Assembly (NCBI GenBank): GCA_964057225.1
Contig: OZ059899.1
Coordinates: 18,290,001 to 18,354,000 of the forward strand
Origin: Auanema rhodensis
Taxonomy: Eukaryota > Animalia > Nematoda
DNA: 64,000 nt
Direction: 5' to 3'
The translations under genes and the position numbers were made by a program. Below, one piece after another: positions 11,610 to 26,289 of the stretch (its first letter is position 1; every line of letters begins with the position of its first letter). The notes under the pieces were generated by a model. That model had not been told where the DNA came from and did no database searches. It worked only from the letters and a program-made list of their open reading frames with translations.

Positions 11610-14600
11610 CACTTATATCCTCGATTTTCACCCTGAAGAATTAATTTTTTTGTTGAATAACATTGTCCATCGTCTTCACCTTGAAAAAAGGAATCTAAAA
11701 ACATCTACTTTTTGTGAAATTATTTTGAAATTTTTAGGGAAAATTTTTGTCAAAAAGTTTTTGGAAGCAATGTTGAGTGTACATGGAAACTCAACATACA
11801 CTAATGCATCATTTTTCAAACGATCATAACTAATTTTTGTATTGAGCGTTTCTCAATGTAGTATAGTGCATTCGATGCGGATTTTTAAGCTGCGTCGATC
11901 TATGTTATCAGATTTGCGCTATCTTTAAAATGCACCGATATATCAACTGATATAAGTTCACACTTATATCCTCGATTTTCACCCTGAAGAATTAATTTTT
12001 TTGTTGAATAACATTGTCCATCGTCTTCACCTTGAAAAAAGGAATCTAAAAACATCTACTTTTTGTGAAATTATTTTGAAATTTTTAGGGAAAATTTTTG
12101 TCAAAAAGTTTTTGGAAGCAATGTTGAGTGTACATGGAAACTCAACATACACTAATGCATCATTTTTCAAACGATCATAACTAATTTTCGTATTAAGCGT
12201 TTCTCAATGTAGTATAGTGCATTCGATGCGGATTTTTAAGCTGCGTCGATCTATGTTATCAGATTTGCGCTATCTTAAAAATGCACCGATATATCAACTG
12301 ATATAAGTTCACACTTATATCCTCGATTTTCACCCTGAAGAATTAATTTTTTTGTTGAATAACATTGTCCATCGTCTTCACCTTGAAAAAAGGAATCTAA
12401 AAACATCTACTTTTTGTGAAATTATTTTGAAATTTTTAGGGAAAATTTTTGTCAAAAAGTTTTTGGAAGCAATGTTGAGTGTACATGGAAACTCAACATA
12501 CACTAATGCATCATTTTTCAAACGATCATAACTAATTTTCGTATTAAGCGTTTCTCAATGTAGTATAGTGCATTCGATGCGGATTTTTAAGCTGCGTCGA
12601 TCTGTGTTATCAGATTTGCGCTAGCTTAAAAATGCACCGAGATATCAACTGAAATAAGTTAACACATATATCCTCGATTTTCACCCTGAAGAATTAATTT
12701 TTTTGTTGAATAACATTGTCCATCGTCTTCGCCTTGAAAAAAGGAATCTAAAAACATCTACTTTTTGTGAAATTATTTTGAAATTTTTAGGTAAAATTTT
12801 TGTCAAAATGTTTTTGGAAGCAATGTTGAGTGTACATGGAAACTCAACATACACTAATGCATCATTTTTCAAACGATCATAACTAATTTTTGTATTAAGC
12901 GTTTCTCAATGTAGTATAGTGCATTTGATGCGGATTTTTAAGCTGCGTCGATCTATGTTATCAGATTTGCGCTAGCTTAAAAATGCACCGAGATATCAAC
13001 TGTTATAAGTTCACACTTATATCCTCGATTTTCACCCTGAAGAATTAATTTTTTTGTTGAATAACATTGTCCATCGTCTTCACCTTGAAAAAAGGAATCT
13101 AAAAACATCTACTTTTTGTGAAATTATTTTGAAATTTTTAGGGAAAATTTTTGTCAAAAAGTTTTTGGAAGCAATGTTGAGTGTACATGGAAACTCAACA
13201 TACACTAATGCATCATTTTTCAAACGATCATAACTAATTTTTGTATTGAGCGTTTCTCAATGTAGTATAGTGCATTCGATGCGGATTTTTAAGCTGCGTC
13301 GATCTATGTTATCAGATTTGCGCTATCTTTAAAATGCACCGATATATCAACTGATATAAGTTCACACTTATATCCTCGATTTTCACCCTGAAGAATTAAT
13401 TTTTTTGTTGAATAACATTGTCCATCGTCTTCACCTTGAAAAAAGGAATCTAAAAACATCTACTTTTTGTGAAATTATTTTGAAATTTTTAGGGAAAATT
13501 TTTGTCAAAAAGTTTTTGGAAGCAATGTTGAGTGTACATGGAAACTCAACATACACTAATGCATCATTTTTCAAACGATCATAACTAATTTTCGTATTAA
13601 GCGTTTCTCAATGTAGTATAGTGCATTCGATGCGGATTTTTAAGCTGCGTCGATCTATGTTATCAGATTTGCGCTATCTTAAAAATGCACCGATATATCA
13701 ACTGATATAAGTTCACACTTATATCCTCGATTTTCACCCTGAAGAATTAATTTTTTTGTTGAATAACATTGTCCATCGTCTTCACCTTGAAAAAAGGAAT
13801 CTAAAAACATCTACTTTTTGTGAAATTATTTTGAAATTTTTAGGGAAAATTTTTGTCAAAAAGTTTTTGGAAGCAATGTTGAGTGTACATGGAAACTCAA
13901 CATACACTAATGCATCATTTTTCAAACGATCATAACTAATTTTCGTATTAAGCGTTTCTCAATGTAGTATAGTGCATTCGATGCGGATTTTTAAGCTGCG
14001 TCGATCTGTGTTATCAGATTTGCGCTAGCTTAAAAATGCACCGAGATATCAACTGAAATAAGTTAACACATATATCCTCGATTTTCACCCTGAAGAATTA
14101 ATTTTTTTGTTGAATAACATTGTCCATCGTCTTCGCCTTGAAAAAAGGAATCTAAAAACATCTACTTTTTGTGAAATTATTTTGAAATTTTTAGGTAAAA
14201 TTTTTGTCAAAATGTTTTTGGAAGCAATGTTGAGTGTACATGGAAACTCAACATACACTAATGCATCATTTTTCAAACGATCATAACTAATTTTTGTATT
14301 AAGCGTTTCTCAATGTAGTATAGTGCATTTGATGCGGATTTTTAAGCTGCGTCGATCTATGTTATCAGATTTGCGCTAGCTTAAAAATGCACCGAGATAT
14401 CAACTGTTATAAGTTCACACTTATATCCTCGATTTTCACCCTGAAGAATTAATTTTTTTGTTGAATAACATTGTCCATCGTCTTCACCTTGAAAAAAGGA
14501 ATCTAAAAACATCTACTTTTTGTGAAATTATTTTGAAATTTTTAGGGAAAATTTTTGTCAAAAAGTTTTTGGAAGCAATGTTGAGTGTACATGGAAACTC

Positions 14601-16270
14601 AACATACACTAATGCATCATTTTTCAAACGATCATAACTAATTTTTGTATTGAGCGTTTCTCAATGTAGTATAGTGCATTCGATGCGGATTTTTAAGCTG
14701 CGTCGATCTATGTTATCAGATTTGCGCTATCTTTAAAATGCACCGATATATCAACTGATATAAGTTCACACTTATATCCTCGATTTTCACCCTGAAGAAT
14801 TAATTTTTTTGTTGAATAACATTGTCCATCGTCTTCACCTTGAAAAAAGGAATCTAAAAACATCTACTTTTTGTGAAATTATTTTGAAATTTTTAGGGAA
14901 AATTTTTGTCAAAAAGTTTTTGGAAGCAATGTTGAGTGTACATGGAAACTCAACATACACTAATGCATCATTTTTCAAACGATCATAACTAATTTTCGTA
15001 TTAAGCGTTTCTCAATGTAGTATAGTGCATTCGATGCGGATTTTTAAGCTGCGTCGATCTATGTTATCAGATTTGCGCTATCTTAAAAATGCACCGATAT
15101 ATCAACTGATATAAGTTCACACTTATATCCTCGATTTTCACCCTGAAGAATTAATTTTTTTGTTGAATAACATTGTCCATCGTCTTCACCTTGAAAAAAG
15201 GAATCTAAAAACATCTACTTTTTGTGAAATTATTTTGAAATTTTTAGGGAAAATTTTTGTCAAAAAGTTTTTGGAAGCAATGTTGAGTGTACATGGAAAC
15301 TCAACATACACTAATGCATCATTTTTCAAACGATCATAACTAATTTTCGTATTAAGCGTTTCTCAATGTAGTATAGTGCATTCGATGCGGATTTTTAAGC
15401 TGCGTCGATCTGTGTTATCAGATTTGCGCTAGCTTAAAAATGCACCGAGATATCAACTGAAATAAGTTAACACATATATCCTCGATTTTCACCCTGAAGA
15501 ATTGATTTTTTTGTTGAATAACATTGTCCATCGTCTTCGCCTTGAAAAAAGGAATCTAAAAACATCTACTTTTTGTGAAATTATTTTGAAATTTTTAGGT
15601 AAAATTTTTGTCAAAATGTTTTTGGAAGCAATGTTGAGTGTACATGGAAACTCAACATACACTAATGCATCATTTTTCAAACGATCATAACTAATTTTTG
15701 TATTAAGCGTTTCTCAATGTAGTATAGTGCATTTGATGCGGATTTTTAAGCTGCGTCGATCTATGTTATCAGATTTGCGCTAGCTTAAAAATGCACCGAG
15801 ATATCAACTGTTATAAGTTCACACTTATATCCTCGATTTTCACCCTGAAGAATTAATTTTTTTGTTGAATAACATTGTCCATCGTCTTCACCTTGAAAAA
15901 AGGAATCTAAAAACATCTACTTTTTGTGAAATTATTTTGAAATTTTTAGGGAAAATTTTTGTCAAAAAGTTTTTGGAAGCAATGTTGAGTGTACATGGAA
16001 ACTCAACATACACTAATGCATCATTTTTCAAACGATCATAACTAATTTTTGTATTGAGCGTTTCTCAATGTAGTATAGTGCATTCGATGCGGATTTTTAA
16101 GCTGCGTCGATCTATGTTATCAGATTTGCGCTATCTTTAAAATGCACCGATATATCAACTGATATAAGTTCACACTTATATCCTCGATTTTCACCCTGAA
16201 GAATTAATTTTTTTGTTGAATAACATTGTCCATCGTCTTCACCTTGAAAAAAGGAATCTAAAAACATCTA
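11610..16270. repeat. Local higher-order repeat: 1404-bp tetramer, ~3.3 copies
   Basis: ORF anchors 12681, 14085, 15489; markers aggtaaaa, catttgatg and actgttataag recur every 1404 bp. Confidence 0.88.
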
Positions 16271-19200
16271 CTTTTTGTAAAATTATTTTGAAATTTTTAG
16301 GGAAAATTTTTGTCAAAATGTTTTTGGAAGCAATGTTGAGTGTACATGGAAACTCAACATACACTAATGCATCATTTTTCAAACGATCATAACTAATTTT
16401 CGTATTAAGCGTTTCTCAATGTAGTATAGTGCATTCGATGCGGATTTTTAAGCTGCGTCGATCTGTGTTATCAGATTTGCGCTAGCTTAAAAATGCACCG
16501 AGATATCAACTGAAATAAGTTAACACATATATCCTCGATTTTCACCCTGAAGAATTAATTTTTTTGTTGAATAACATTGTCCATCGTCTTCGCCTTGAAA
16601 AAAGGAATCTAAAAACATCTACTTTTTGTGAAATTATTTTGAAATTTTTAGGTAAAATTTTTGTCAAAATGTTTTTGGAAGCAATGTTGAGTGTACATGG
16701 AAACTCAACATACACTAATGCATCATTTTTCAAACGATCATAACTAATTTTTGTATTGTGCGTTTCTCATTGTAGTATAGTGCATTTGATGCGGATTTTT
16801 AAGCTGCGTCGATCTATGTTATCAGATTTGCGCTAGCTTAAAAATGCACCGAGATATCAACTGATATAAGTTCACACTTATATCCTCGATTTTCAACCTG
16901 AAGAATTAATTTCTTCGTTGAATAACAATGTCCATCGTCTTCGCCTTAAAAAAAAAATCTAAAAACATCTAATTTTTGTAAAATTATTTTGAAATTTTTA
17001 GGGAAAATTTTTGTCAAAATGTTTTTGGAAGCAATGTTGAGTGTACATGGAAACTCAACATACATTAATGCATCATTTTTCAAACGATCATAACTAATTT
17101 TTGTATTGAGCGTTTCTCAATGTAGTATAGTGCATTCGATGCGGATTTTTAAGCTGCGTCGATCTATGTTATCAGATTTGCGCTATCTTTAAAATGCACC
17201 GATATATCAACTGATATAAGTTCACACTTATATCCTCGATTTTCACCCTGAAGAATTAATTTTTTTGTTGAATAACATTGTCCATCGTTTTCGCCTTGAA
17301 AAACGAAATCTAAAAACATCTACTTTTTGTAAAATTATTTTGAAATTTTTAGGGAAAATTTTTGTCAAAATGTTTTTGGAAGCAATGTTGAGTGTACATG
17401 GAAACTCAACATACACTAATGCATCATTTTTCAAACGATCATAACTAATTTTTGTATTGAGCGTTTCTCAATGTAGTATAGTGCATTCGATGCGGATTTT
17501 TAAGCTGCGTCGATCTATGTTATCAGATTTGCGCTATCTTAAAAATGCACCGATATATCAACTGATATAAGTTCACACTTATATCCTCGATTTTCACCCT
17601 GAAGAATTAATTTTTTTGTTGAATAACATTGTCCATCGTCTTCACCTTGAAAAAAGGAATCTAAAAACATCTACTTTTTGTAAAATTATTTTGAAATTTT
17701 TAGGGAAAATTTTTGTCAAAAAGTTTTTGGAAGCAATGTTGAGTGTACATGGAAACTCAACATACACTAATGCATCATTTTTCAAACGATCATAACTATT
17801 TTTCGTATTAAGCGTTTCTCAATGTAGTATAGTGCATTCGATGCGGATTTTTAAGCTGCGTCGATCTATGTTATCAGATTTGCGCTATCTTAAAAATGCA
17901 CCGATATATCAACTGATATAAGTTCACACTTATATCCTCGATTTTCACCCTGAAGAATTAATTTTTTTGTTGAATAACATTGTCCATCGTCTTCACCTTG
18001 AAAAAAGGAATCTAAAAACATCTACTTTTTGTGAAATTATTTTGAAATTTTTAGGGAAAATTTTTGTCAAAAAGTTTTTGGAAGCAATGTTGAGTGTACA
18101 TGGAAACTCAACATACACTAATGCATCATTTTTCAAACGATCATAACTAATTTTCGTATTAAGCGTTTCTCAATGTAGTATAGTGCATTCGATGCGGATT
18201 TTTAAGCTGCGTCGATCTGTGTTATCAGATTTGCGCTAGCTTAAAAATGCACCGAGATATCAACTGAAATAAGTTAACACATATATCCTCGATTTTCACC
18301 CTGAAGAATTAATTTTTTTGTTAAATAACCTTGTCCATCGTCTTCACCTTGAAAAAAGGAATCTAAAAACATCTACTTTTTGTGAAATTATTTTGAAATT
18401 TTTAGGGAAAATTTTTGTCAAAATGTTTTTGGAAGCAATGTTGAGTGTACATGGAAACTCAACATACACTAATGCATCATTTTTCAAACGATCATAACTA
18501 ATTTTCGTATTAAGCGTTTCTCAATGTAGTATAGTGCATTCGATGCGGATTTTTAAGCTGCGTCGATCTGTGTTATCAGATTTGCGATAGCTTAAAAATG
18601 CACCGAGATATCAACTGAAATAAGTTCACACTTATATCCTCGATTTTCACCCTGAAGAATTAATTTTTTTGTTGAATAACCTTGTCCATCGTCTTCACCT
18701 TGAAAAAAGGAATCTAAAAACATCTACTTTTTGTGAAATTATTTTGAAATTTTTAGGGAAAATTTTTGTCAAAAAGTTTTTGGAAGCAATGTTGAGTGTA
18801 CATGGAAACTCAACATACACTAATGCATCATTTTTCAAACGATCATAACTAATTTTCGTATTAAGCGTTTCTCAATGTAGTATAGTGCATTCGATGCGGA
18901 TTTTTAAGCTGCGTCGATCTATGTTATCAGATTTGTGCTATCTTTAAAATGCACCGATATATCAACTGATATAAGTTCACACTTATATCCTCGATTTTCA
19001 CCCTGAAGAATTAATTTTTTTGTTGAATAACATTGTCCATCGTCTTCACCTTGAAAAAAGGAATCTAAAAACATCTACTTTTTGTGAAATTATTTTGAAA
19101 TTTTTAGGGAAAATTTTTGTCAAAAAGTTTTTGGAAGCAATGTTGAGTGTACATGGAAACTCAACATACACTAATGCATCATTTTTCAAACGATCATAAC

Positions 19201-22200
19201 TAATTTTCGTATTAAGCGTTTCTCAATGTAGTATAGTGCATTCGATGCGGATTTTTAAGCTGCGTCGATCTGTGTTATCAGATTTGCGCTAGCTTAAAAA
19301 TGCACCGAGATATCAACTGAAATAAGTTAACACATATATCCTCGATTTTCACCCTGAAGAATTAATTTTTTTGTTGAATAACATTGTCCATCGTCTTCGC
19401 CTTGAAAAAAGGAATCTAAAAACATCTACTTTTTGTGAAATTATTTTGAAATTTTTAGGGAAAATTTTTGTCAAAATGTTTTTGGAAGCAATGTTGAGTG
19501 TACATGGAAACTCAACATACACTAATGCATCATTTTTCAAACGATCATAACTAATTTTCGTATTAAGCGTTTCTCAATGTAGTATAGTGCATTCGATGCG
19601 GATTTTTAAGCTGCGTCGATCTATGTTATCAGATTTGCGCTATCTTTAAAATGCACCGATATATCAACTGATATAAGTTCACACTTATATCCTCGATTTT
19701 CACCCTGAAGAATTAATTTTTTTGTTGAATAACATTGTCCATCGTTTTCGCCTTGAAAAACGAAATCTAAAAACATCTACTTTTTGTAAAATTATTTTGA
19801 AATTTTTAGGGAAAATTTTTGTCAAAATGTTTTTGGAAGCAATGTTGAGTGTACATGGAAACTCAACATACACTAATGCATCATTTTTCAAACGATCATA
19901 ACTAATTTTTGTATTGAGCGTTTCTCAATGTAGTATAGTGCATTCGATGCGGATTTTTAAGCTGCGTCGATCTATGTTATCAGATTTGTGCTATCTTTAA
20001 AATGCACCGATATATCAACTGATATAAGTTCACACTTATATCCTCGATTTTCACCCTGAAGAATTAATTTTTTTGTTGAATAACATTGTCCATCGTCTTC
20101 ACCTTGAAAAAAGGAATCTAAAAACATCTACTTTTTGTGAAATTATTTTGAAATTTTTAGGGAAAATTTTTGTCAAAAAGTTTTTGGAAGCAATGTTGAG
20201 TGTACATGGAAACTCAACATACACTAATGCATCATTTTTCAAACGATCATAACTAATTTTCGTATTAAGCGTTTCTCAATGTAGTATAGTGCATTCGATG
20301 CGGATTTTTAAGCTGCGTCGATCTGTGTTATCAGATTTGCGCTAGCTTAAAAATGCACCGAGATATCAACTGAAATAAGTTAACACATATATCCTCGATT
20401 TTCACCCTGAAGAATTAATTTTTTTGTTGAATAACATTGTCCATCGTCTTCGCCTTGAAAAAAGGAATCTAAAAACATCTACTTTTTGTGAAATTATTTT
20501 GAAATTTTTAGGGAAAATTTTTGTCAAAATGTTTTTGGAAGCAATGTTGAGTGTACATGGAAACTCAACATACACTAATGCATCATTTTTCAAACGATCA
20601 TAACTAATTTTCGTATTAAGCGTTTCTCAATGTAGTATAGTGCATTCGATGCGGATTTTTAAGCTGCGTCGATCTATGTTATCAGATTTGCGCTATCTTT
20701 AAAATGCACCGATATATCAACTGATATAAGTTCACACTTATATCCTCGATTTTCACCCTGAAGAATTAATTTTTTTGTTGAATAACCTTGTCCATCGTCT
20801 TCACCTTGAAAAAAGGAATCTAAAAACATCTACTTTTTGTAAAATTATTTTGAAATTTTTAGGGAAAATTTTTGTCAAAATGTTTTTGGAAGCAATGTTG
20901 AGTGTACATGGAAACTCAACATACACTAATGCATCATTTTTCAAACGATCATAACTAATTTTCGTATTAAGCGTTTCTCAATGTAGTATAGTGCATTCGA
21001 TGCGGATTTTTAAGCTGCGTCGATCTGTGTTATCAGATTTGCGATAGCTTAAAAATGCACCGAGATATCAACTGAAATAAGTTAACACATATATCCTCGA
21101 TTTTCACCCTGAAGAATTAATTTTTTTGTTGAATAACATTGTCCATCGTCTTCGCCTTGAAAAAAGGAATCTAAAAACATCTACTTTTTGTGAAATTATT
21201 TTGAAATTTTTAGGGAAAATTTTTGTCAAAATGTTTTTGGAAGCAATGTTGAGTGTACATGGAAACTCAACATACACTAATGCATCATTTTTCAAACGAT
21301 CATAACTAATTTTCGTATTAAGCGTTTCTCAATGTAGTATAGTGCATTCGATGCGGATTTTTAAGCTGCGTCGATCTATGTTATCAGATTTGCGCTATCT
21401 TAAAAATGCACCGAGATATCAACTGATATAAGTTCACACTTATATCCTCGATTTTCACCCTGAAGAATTAATTTTTTTGTTGAATAACATTGTCCATCGT
21501 TTTCGCCTTGAAAAACGAAATCTAAAAACATCTAATTTTTGTAAAATTATTTTGAAATTTTTAGGGAAAATTTTTGTCAAAATGTTTTTGGAAGCAATGT
21601 TGAGTGTACATGGAAACTCAACATACACTAATGCATCATTTTTCAAACGATCATAACTAATTTTTGTATTGAGCGTTTCTCAATGTAGTATAGTGCATTC
21701 GATGCGGATTTTTAAGCTGCGTCGATCTATGTTATCAGATTTGTGCCATCTTTAAAATGCACCGATATATCAACTGATATAAGTTCACACTTATATCCTC
21801 GATTTTCACCCTGAAGAATTAATTTTTTTGTTGAATAACATTGTCCATCGTCTTCACCTTGAAAAAAGGAATCTAAAAACATCTACTTTTTGTAAAATTA
21901 TTTTGAAATTTTTAGGGAAAATTTTTGTCAAAATGTTTTTGGAAGCAATGTTGAGTGTACATGGAAACTCAACATACACTAATGCATCATGTTTCAAACG
22001 ATCATAACTAATTTTTGTATTGAGCGTTTCTCAATGTAGTATAGTGCATTCGATGCGGATTTTTAAGCTGCGTCGATCTATGTTATCAGATTTGCGCTAT
22101 CTTAAAAATGCACCGATATATCAACTGATATAAGTTCACACTTATATCCTCGATTTTCACCCTGAAGAATTAATTTTTTTGTTGAATAACATTGTCCATC

Positions 22201-23859
22201 GTCTTCACCTTGAAAAAAGGAATCTAAAAACATCTACTTTTTGTGAAATTATTTTGAAATTTTTAGGGAAAATTTTTGTCAAAAAGTTTTTGGAAGCAAT
22301 GTTGAGTGTACATGGAAACTCAACATACACTAATGCATCATTTTTCAAACGATCATAACTAATTTTCGTATTAAGCGTTTCTCAATGTAGTATAGTGCAT
22401 TCGATGCGGATTTTTAAGCTGCGTCGATCTGTGTTATCAGATTTGCGCTAGCTTAAAAATGCACCGAGATATCAACTGAAATAAGTTAACACATATATCC
22501 TCGATTTTCACCCTGAAGAATTAATTTTTTTGTTGAATAACATTGTCCATCGTCTTCGCCTTGAAAAAAGGAATCTAAAAACGACTACTTTTTGTGAAAT
22601 TATTTTGAAATTTTTAGGGAAAATTTTTGTCAAAATGTTTTTGGAAGCAATGTTGAGTGTACATGGAAACTCAACATACACTAATGCATCATTTTTCAAA
22701 CGATCATAACTAATTTTCGTATTAAGCGTTTCTCAATGTAGTATAGTGCATTCGATGCGGATTTTTAAGCTGCGTCGATCTATGTTATCAGATTTGCGCT
22801 ATCTTTAAAATGCACCGATATATCAACTGATATAAGTTCACACTTATATCCTCGATTTTCACCCTGAAGAATTAATTTTTTTGTTGAATAACCTTGTCCA
22901 TCGTCTTCACCTTGAAAAAAGGAATCTAAAAACATCTACTTTTTGTAAAATTATTTTGAAATTTTTAGGGAAAATTTTTGTCAAAATGTTTTTGGAAGCA
23001 ATGTTGAGTGTACATGGAAACTCAACATACACTAATGCATCATTTTTCAAACGATCATAACTAATTTTCGTATTAAGCGTTTCTCAATGTAGTATAGTGC
23101 ATTCGATGCGGATTTTTAAGCTGCGTCGATCTGTGTTATCAGATTTGCGATAGCTTAAAAATGCACCGAGATATCAACTGAAATAAGTTAACACATATAT
23201 CCTCGATTTTCACCCTGAAGAATTAATTTTTTTGTTGAATAACATTGTCCATCGTCTTCGCCTTGAAAAAAGGAATCTAAAAACATCTACTTTTTGTGAA
23301 ATTATTTTGAAATTTTTAGGGAAAATTTTTGTCAAAATGTTTTTGGAAGCAATGTTGAGTGTACATGGAAACTCAACATACACTAATGCATCATTTTTCA
23401 AACGATCATAACTAATTTTCGTATTAAGCGTTTCTCAATGTAGTATAGTGCATTCGATGCGGATTTTTAAGCTGCGTCGATCTGTGTTATCAGATTTGCG
23501 ATAGCTTAAAAATGCACCGAGATATCAACTGAAATAAGTTCACACTTATATCCTCGATTTTCACCCTGAAGAATTAATTTTTTTGTTGAATAACCTTGTC
23601 CATCGTCTTCACCTTAAAAAAAATAATCTAAAAACATCTACTTTTTGTGAAATTATTTTGAAATTTTTAGGGAAAATTTTTGTCAAAAAGTTTTTGGAAG
23701 CAATGTTGAGTGTACATGGAAACTCAACATACACTAATGCATCATTTTTCAAACGATCATAACTAATTTTCGTATTAAGCGTTTCTCAATGTAGTATAGT
23801 GCATTCGATGCGGATTTTTAAGCTGCGTCGATCTATGTTATCAGATTTGCGCTATCTTT

Positions 23860-25263
23860 AAAATGCACCGATATATCAACTGATATAAGTTCACACTTAT
23901 ATCCTCGATTTTCACCCTGAAGAATTAATTTTTTTGTTGAATAACCTTGTCCATCGTCTTCACCTTGAAAAAAGGAATCTAAAAACATCTACTTTTTGTG
24001 AAATTATTTTGAAATTTTTAGGGAAAATTTTTGTCAAAATGTTTTTGGAAGCAATGTTGAGTGTACATGGAAACTCAACATACACTAATGCATCATTTTT
24101 CAAACGATCATAACTAATTTTCGTATTAAGCGTTTCTCAATGTAGTATAGTGCATTCGATGCGGATTTTTAAGCTGCGTCGATCTATGTTATCAGATTTG
24201 CGCTATCTTTAAAATGCACCGATATATCAACTGATATAAGTTCACACTTATATCCTCGATTTTCACCCTGAAGAATTAATTTTTTTGTTGAATAACCTTG
24301 TCCATCGTCTTCACCTTGAAAAAAGGAATCTAAAAACATCTACTTTTTGTGAAATTATTTTGAAATTTTTAGGGAAAATTTTTGTCAAAATGTTTTTGGA
24401 AGCAATGTTGAGTGTACATGGAAACTCAACATACACTAATGCATCATTTTTCAAACGATCATAACTAATTTTCGTATTAAGCGTTTCTCAATGTAGTATA
24501 GTGCATTCGATGCGGATTTTTAAGCTGCGTCGATCTATGTTATCAGATTTGCGCTATCTTTAAAATGCACCGATATATCAACTGATATAAGTTCACACTT
24601 ATATCCTCGATTTTCACCCTGAAGAATTAATTTTTTTGTTGAATAACCTTGTCCATCGTCTTCACCTTGAAAAAAGGAATCTAAAAACATCTACTTTTTG
24701 TGAAATTATTTTGAAATTTTTAGGGAAAATTTTTGTCAAAATGTTTTTGGAAGCAATGTTGAGTGTACATGGAAACTCAACATACACTAATGCATCATTT
24801 TTCAAACGATCATAACTAATTTTCGTATTAAGCGTTTCTCAATGTCGTATAGTGCATTCGATGCGGATTTTTAAGCTGCGTCGATCTGTGTTATCAGATT
24901 TGCGCTATCTTTAAAATGCACCGATATATCAACTGATATAAGTTCACACTTATATCCTCGATTTTCACCCTGAAGAATTAATTTTTTTGTTGAATAACCT
25001 TGTCCATCGTCTTCACCTTGAAAAAAGGAATCTAAAAACATCTACTTTTTGTGAAATTATTTTGAAATTTTTAGGGAAAATTTTTGTCAAAATGTTTTTG
25101 GAAGCAATGTTGAGTGTACATGGAAACTCAACATACACTAATGCATCATTTTTCAAACGATCATAACTAATTTTCGTATTAAGCGTTTCTCAATGTCGTA
25201 TAGTGCATTCGATGCGGATTTTTAAGCTGCGTCGATCTGTGTTATCAGATTTGCGCTATCTTT
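23860..25263. repeat. Run of four near-identical monomers (two apparently identical pairs)
   Basis: Monomers at 23860, 24211, 24562 and 24913 share gatatatc, aaccttg, cttcacc, ttcgtattaag and tatcttt; the last two add tgtcgta and atctgtg. Confidence 0.8.
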
Positions 25264-26289
25264 AAAATGCACCGAGATATCAACTGATATAAGTTCACAC
25301 TTATATCCTCGATTTTCACCCTGAAAAATTGATTTTTTCGTTGAATAACATTGTCCATCGTCTTTGCCTTGAAAAAAGGAATCTAAAAACATCTAATTTT
25401 TGTGAAATTATTTCGAAATTTTTAGGTAAAATTTTTGTCAAAATGTTTTTGAAAGCAATGTTGAGTGTACATGGAAACTCAACATACACTAATGCATCAT
25501 TTTTCAAACGATCATAACTAATTTTCGTATTAAGCGTTTCTCAATGTAGTATAGTGCATTCGATGCGGATTTTTAAGCTGCGTCGATCTGTGTTATCAGA
25601 TTTGCGCTAGCTTAAAAATGCACCGAGATATCAACTGAAATAAGTTAACACATATATCCTCGATTTTCACCCTGAAGAATTAATTTTTTTGTTGAATAAC
25701 AATGTCCATCGTCTTCGCCTTGAAAAAAGGAATCTAAAAACATCTACTTTTTGTGAAATTATTTTGAAATTTTTAGGGAAAATTTTTGTCAAAATGTTTT
25801 TGGAAGCAATGTTGAGTGTACATGGAAACTCAACATACACTAATGCATCATTTTTCAAACGATCATAACTAATTTTCGTATTAAGCGTTTCTCAATGTAG
25901 TATATTGCATTCGATGCGGATTTTTAAGCTGCGTCGATCTGTGTTATCAGATTTGCGCTAGCTTGAAAATGCACCGAGATATCAACTGAAATAAGTTAAC
26001 ACATATATCCTCGATTTTCACCCTGAAGAATTAATTTTTTTGTTGAATAACATTGTCCATCGTCTTCGCCTTGAAAAAAGGAATCTAAAAACATCTACTT
26101 TTTGTGAAATTATTTTGAAATTTTTAGGGAAAATTTTTGTCAAAATGTTTTTGGAAGCAATGTTGAGTGTACATGGAAACTCAACATACACTAATACATC
26201 ATTTTTTAAACGATCATAACTAATTTTTGTATTGAGGGTTTCTCAATGTCGTATAGTGCATTCGATGCGGATTTTTAAGCTGCGTCGAT

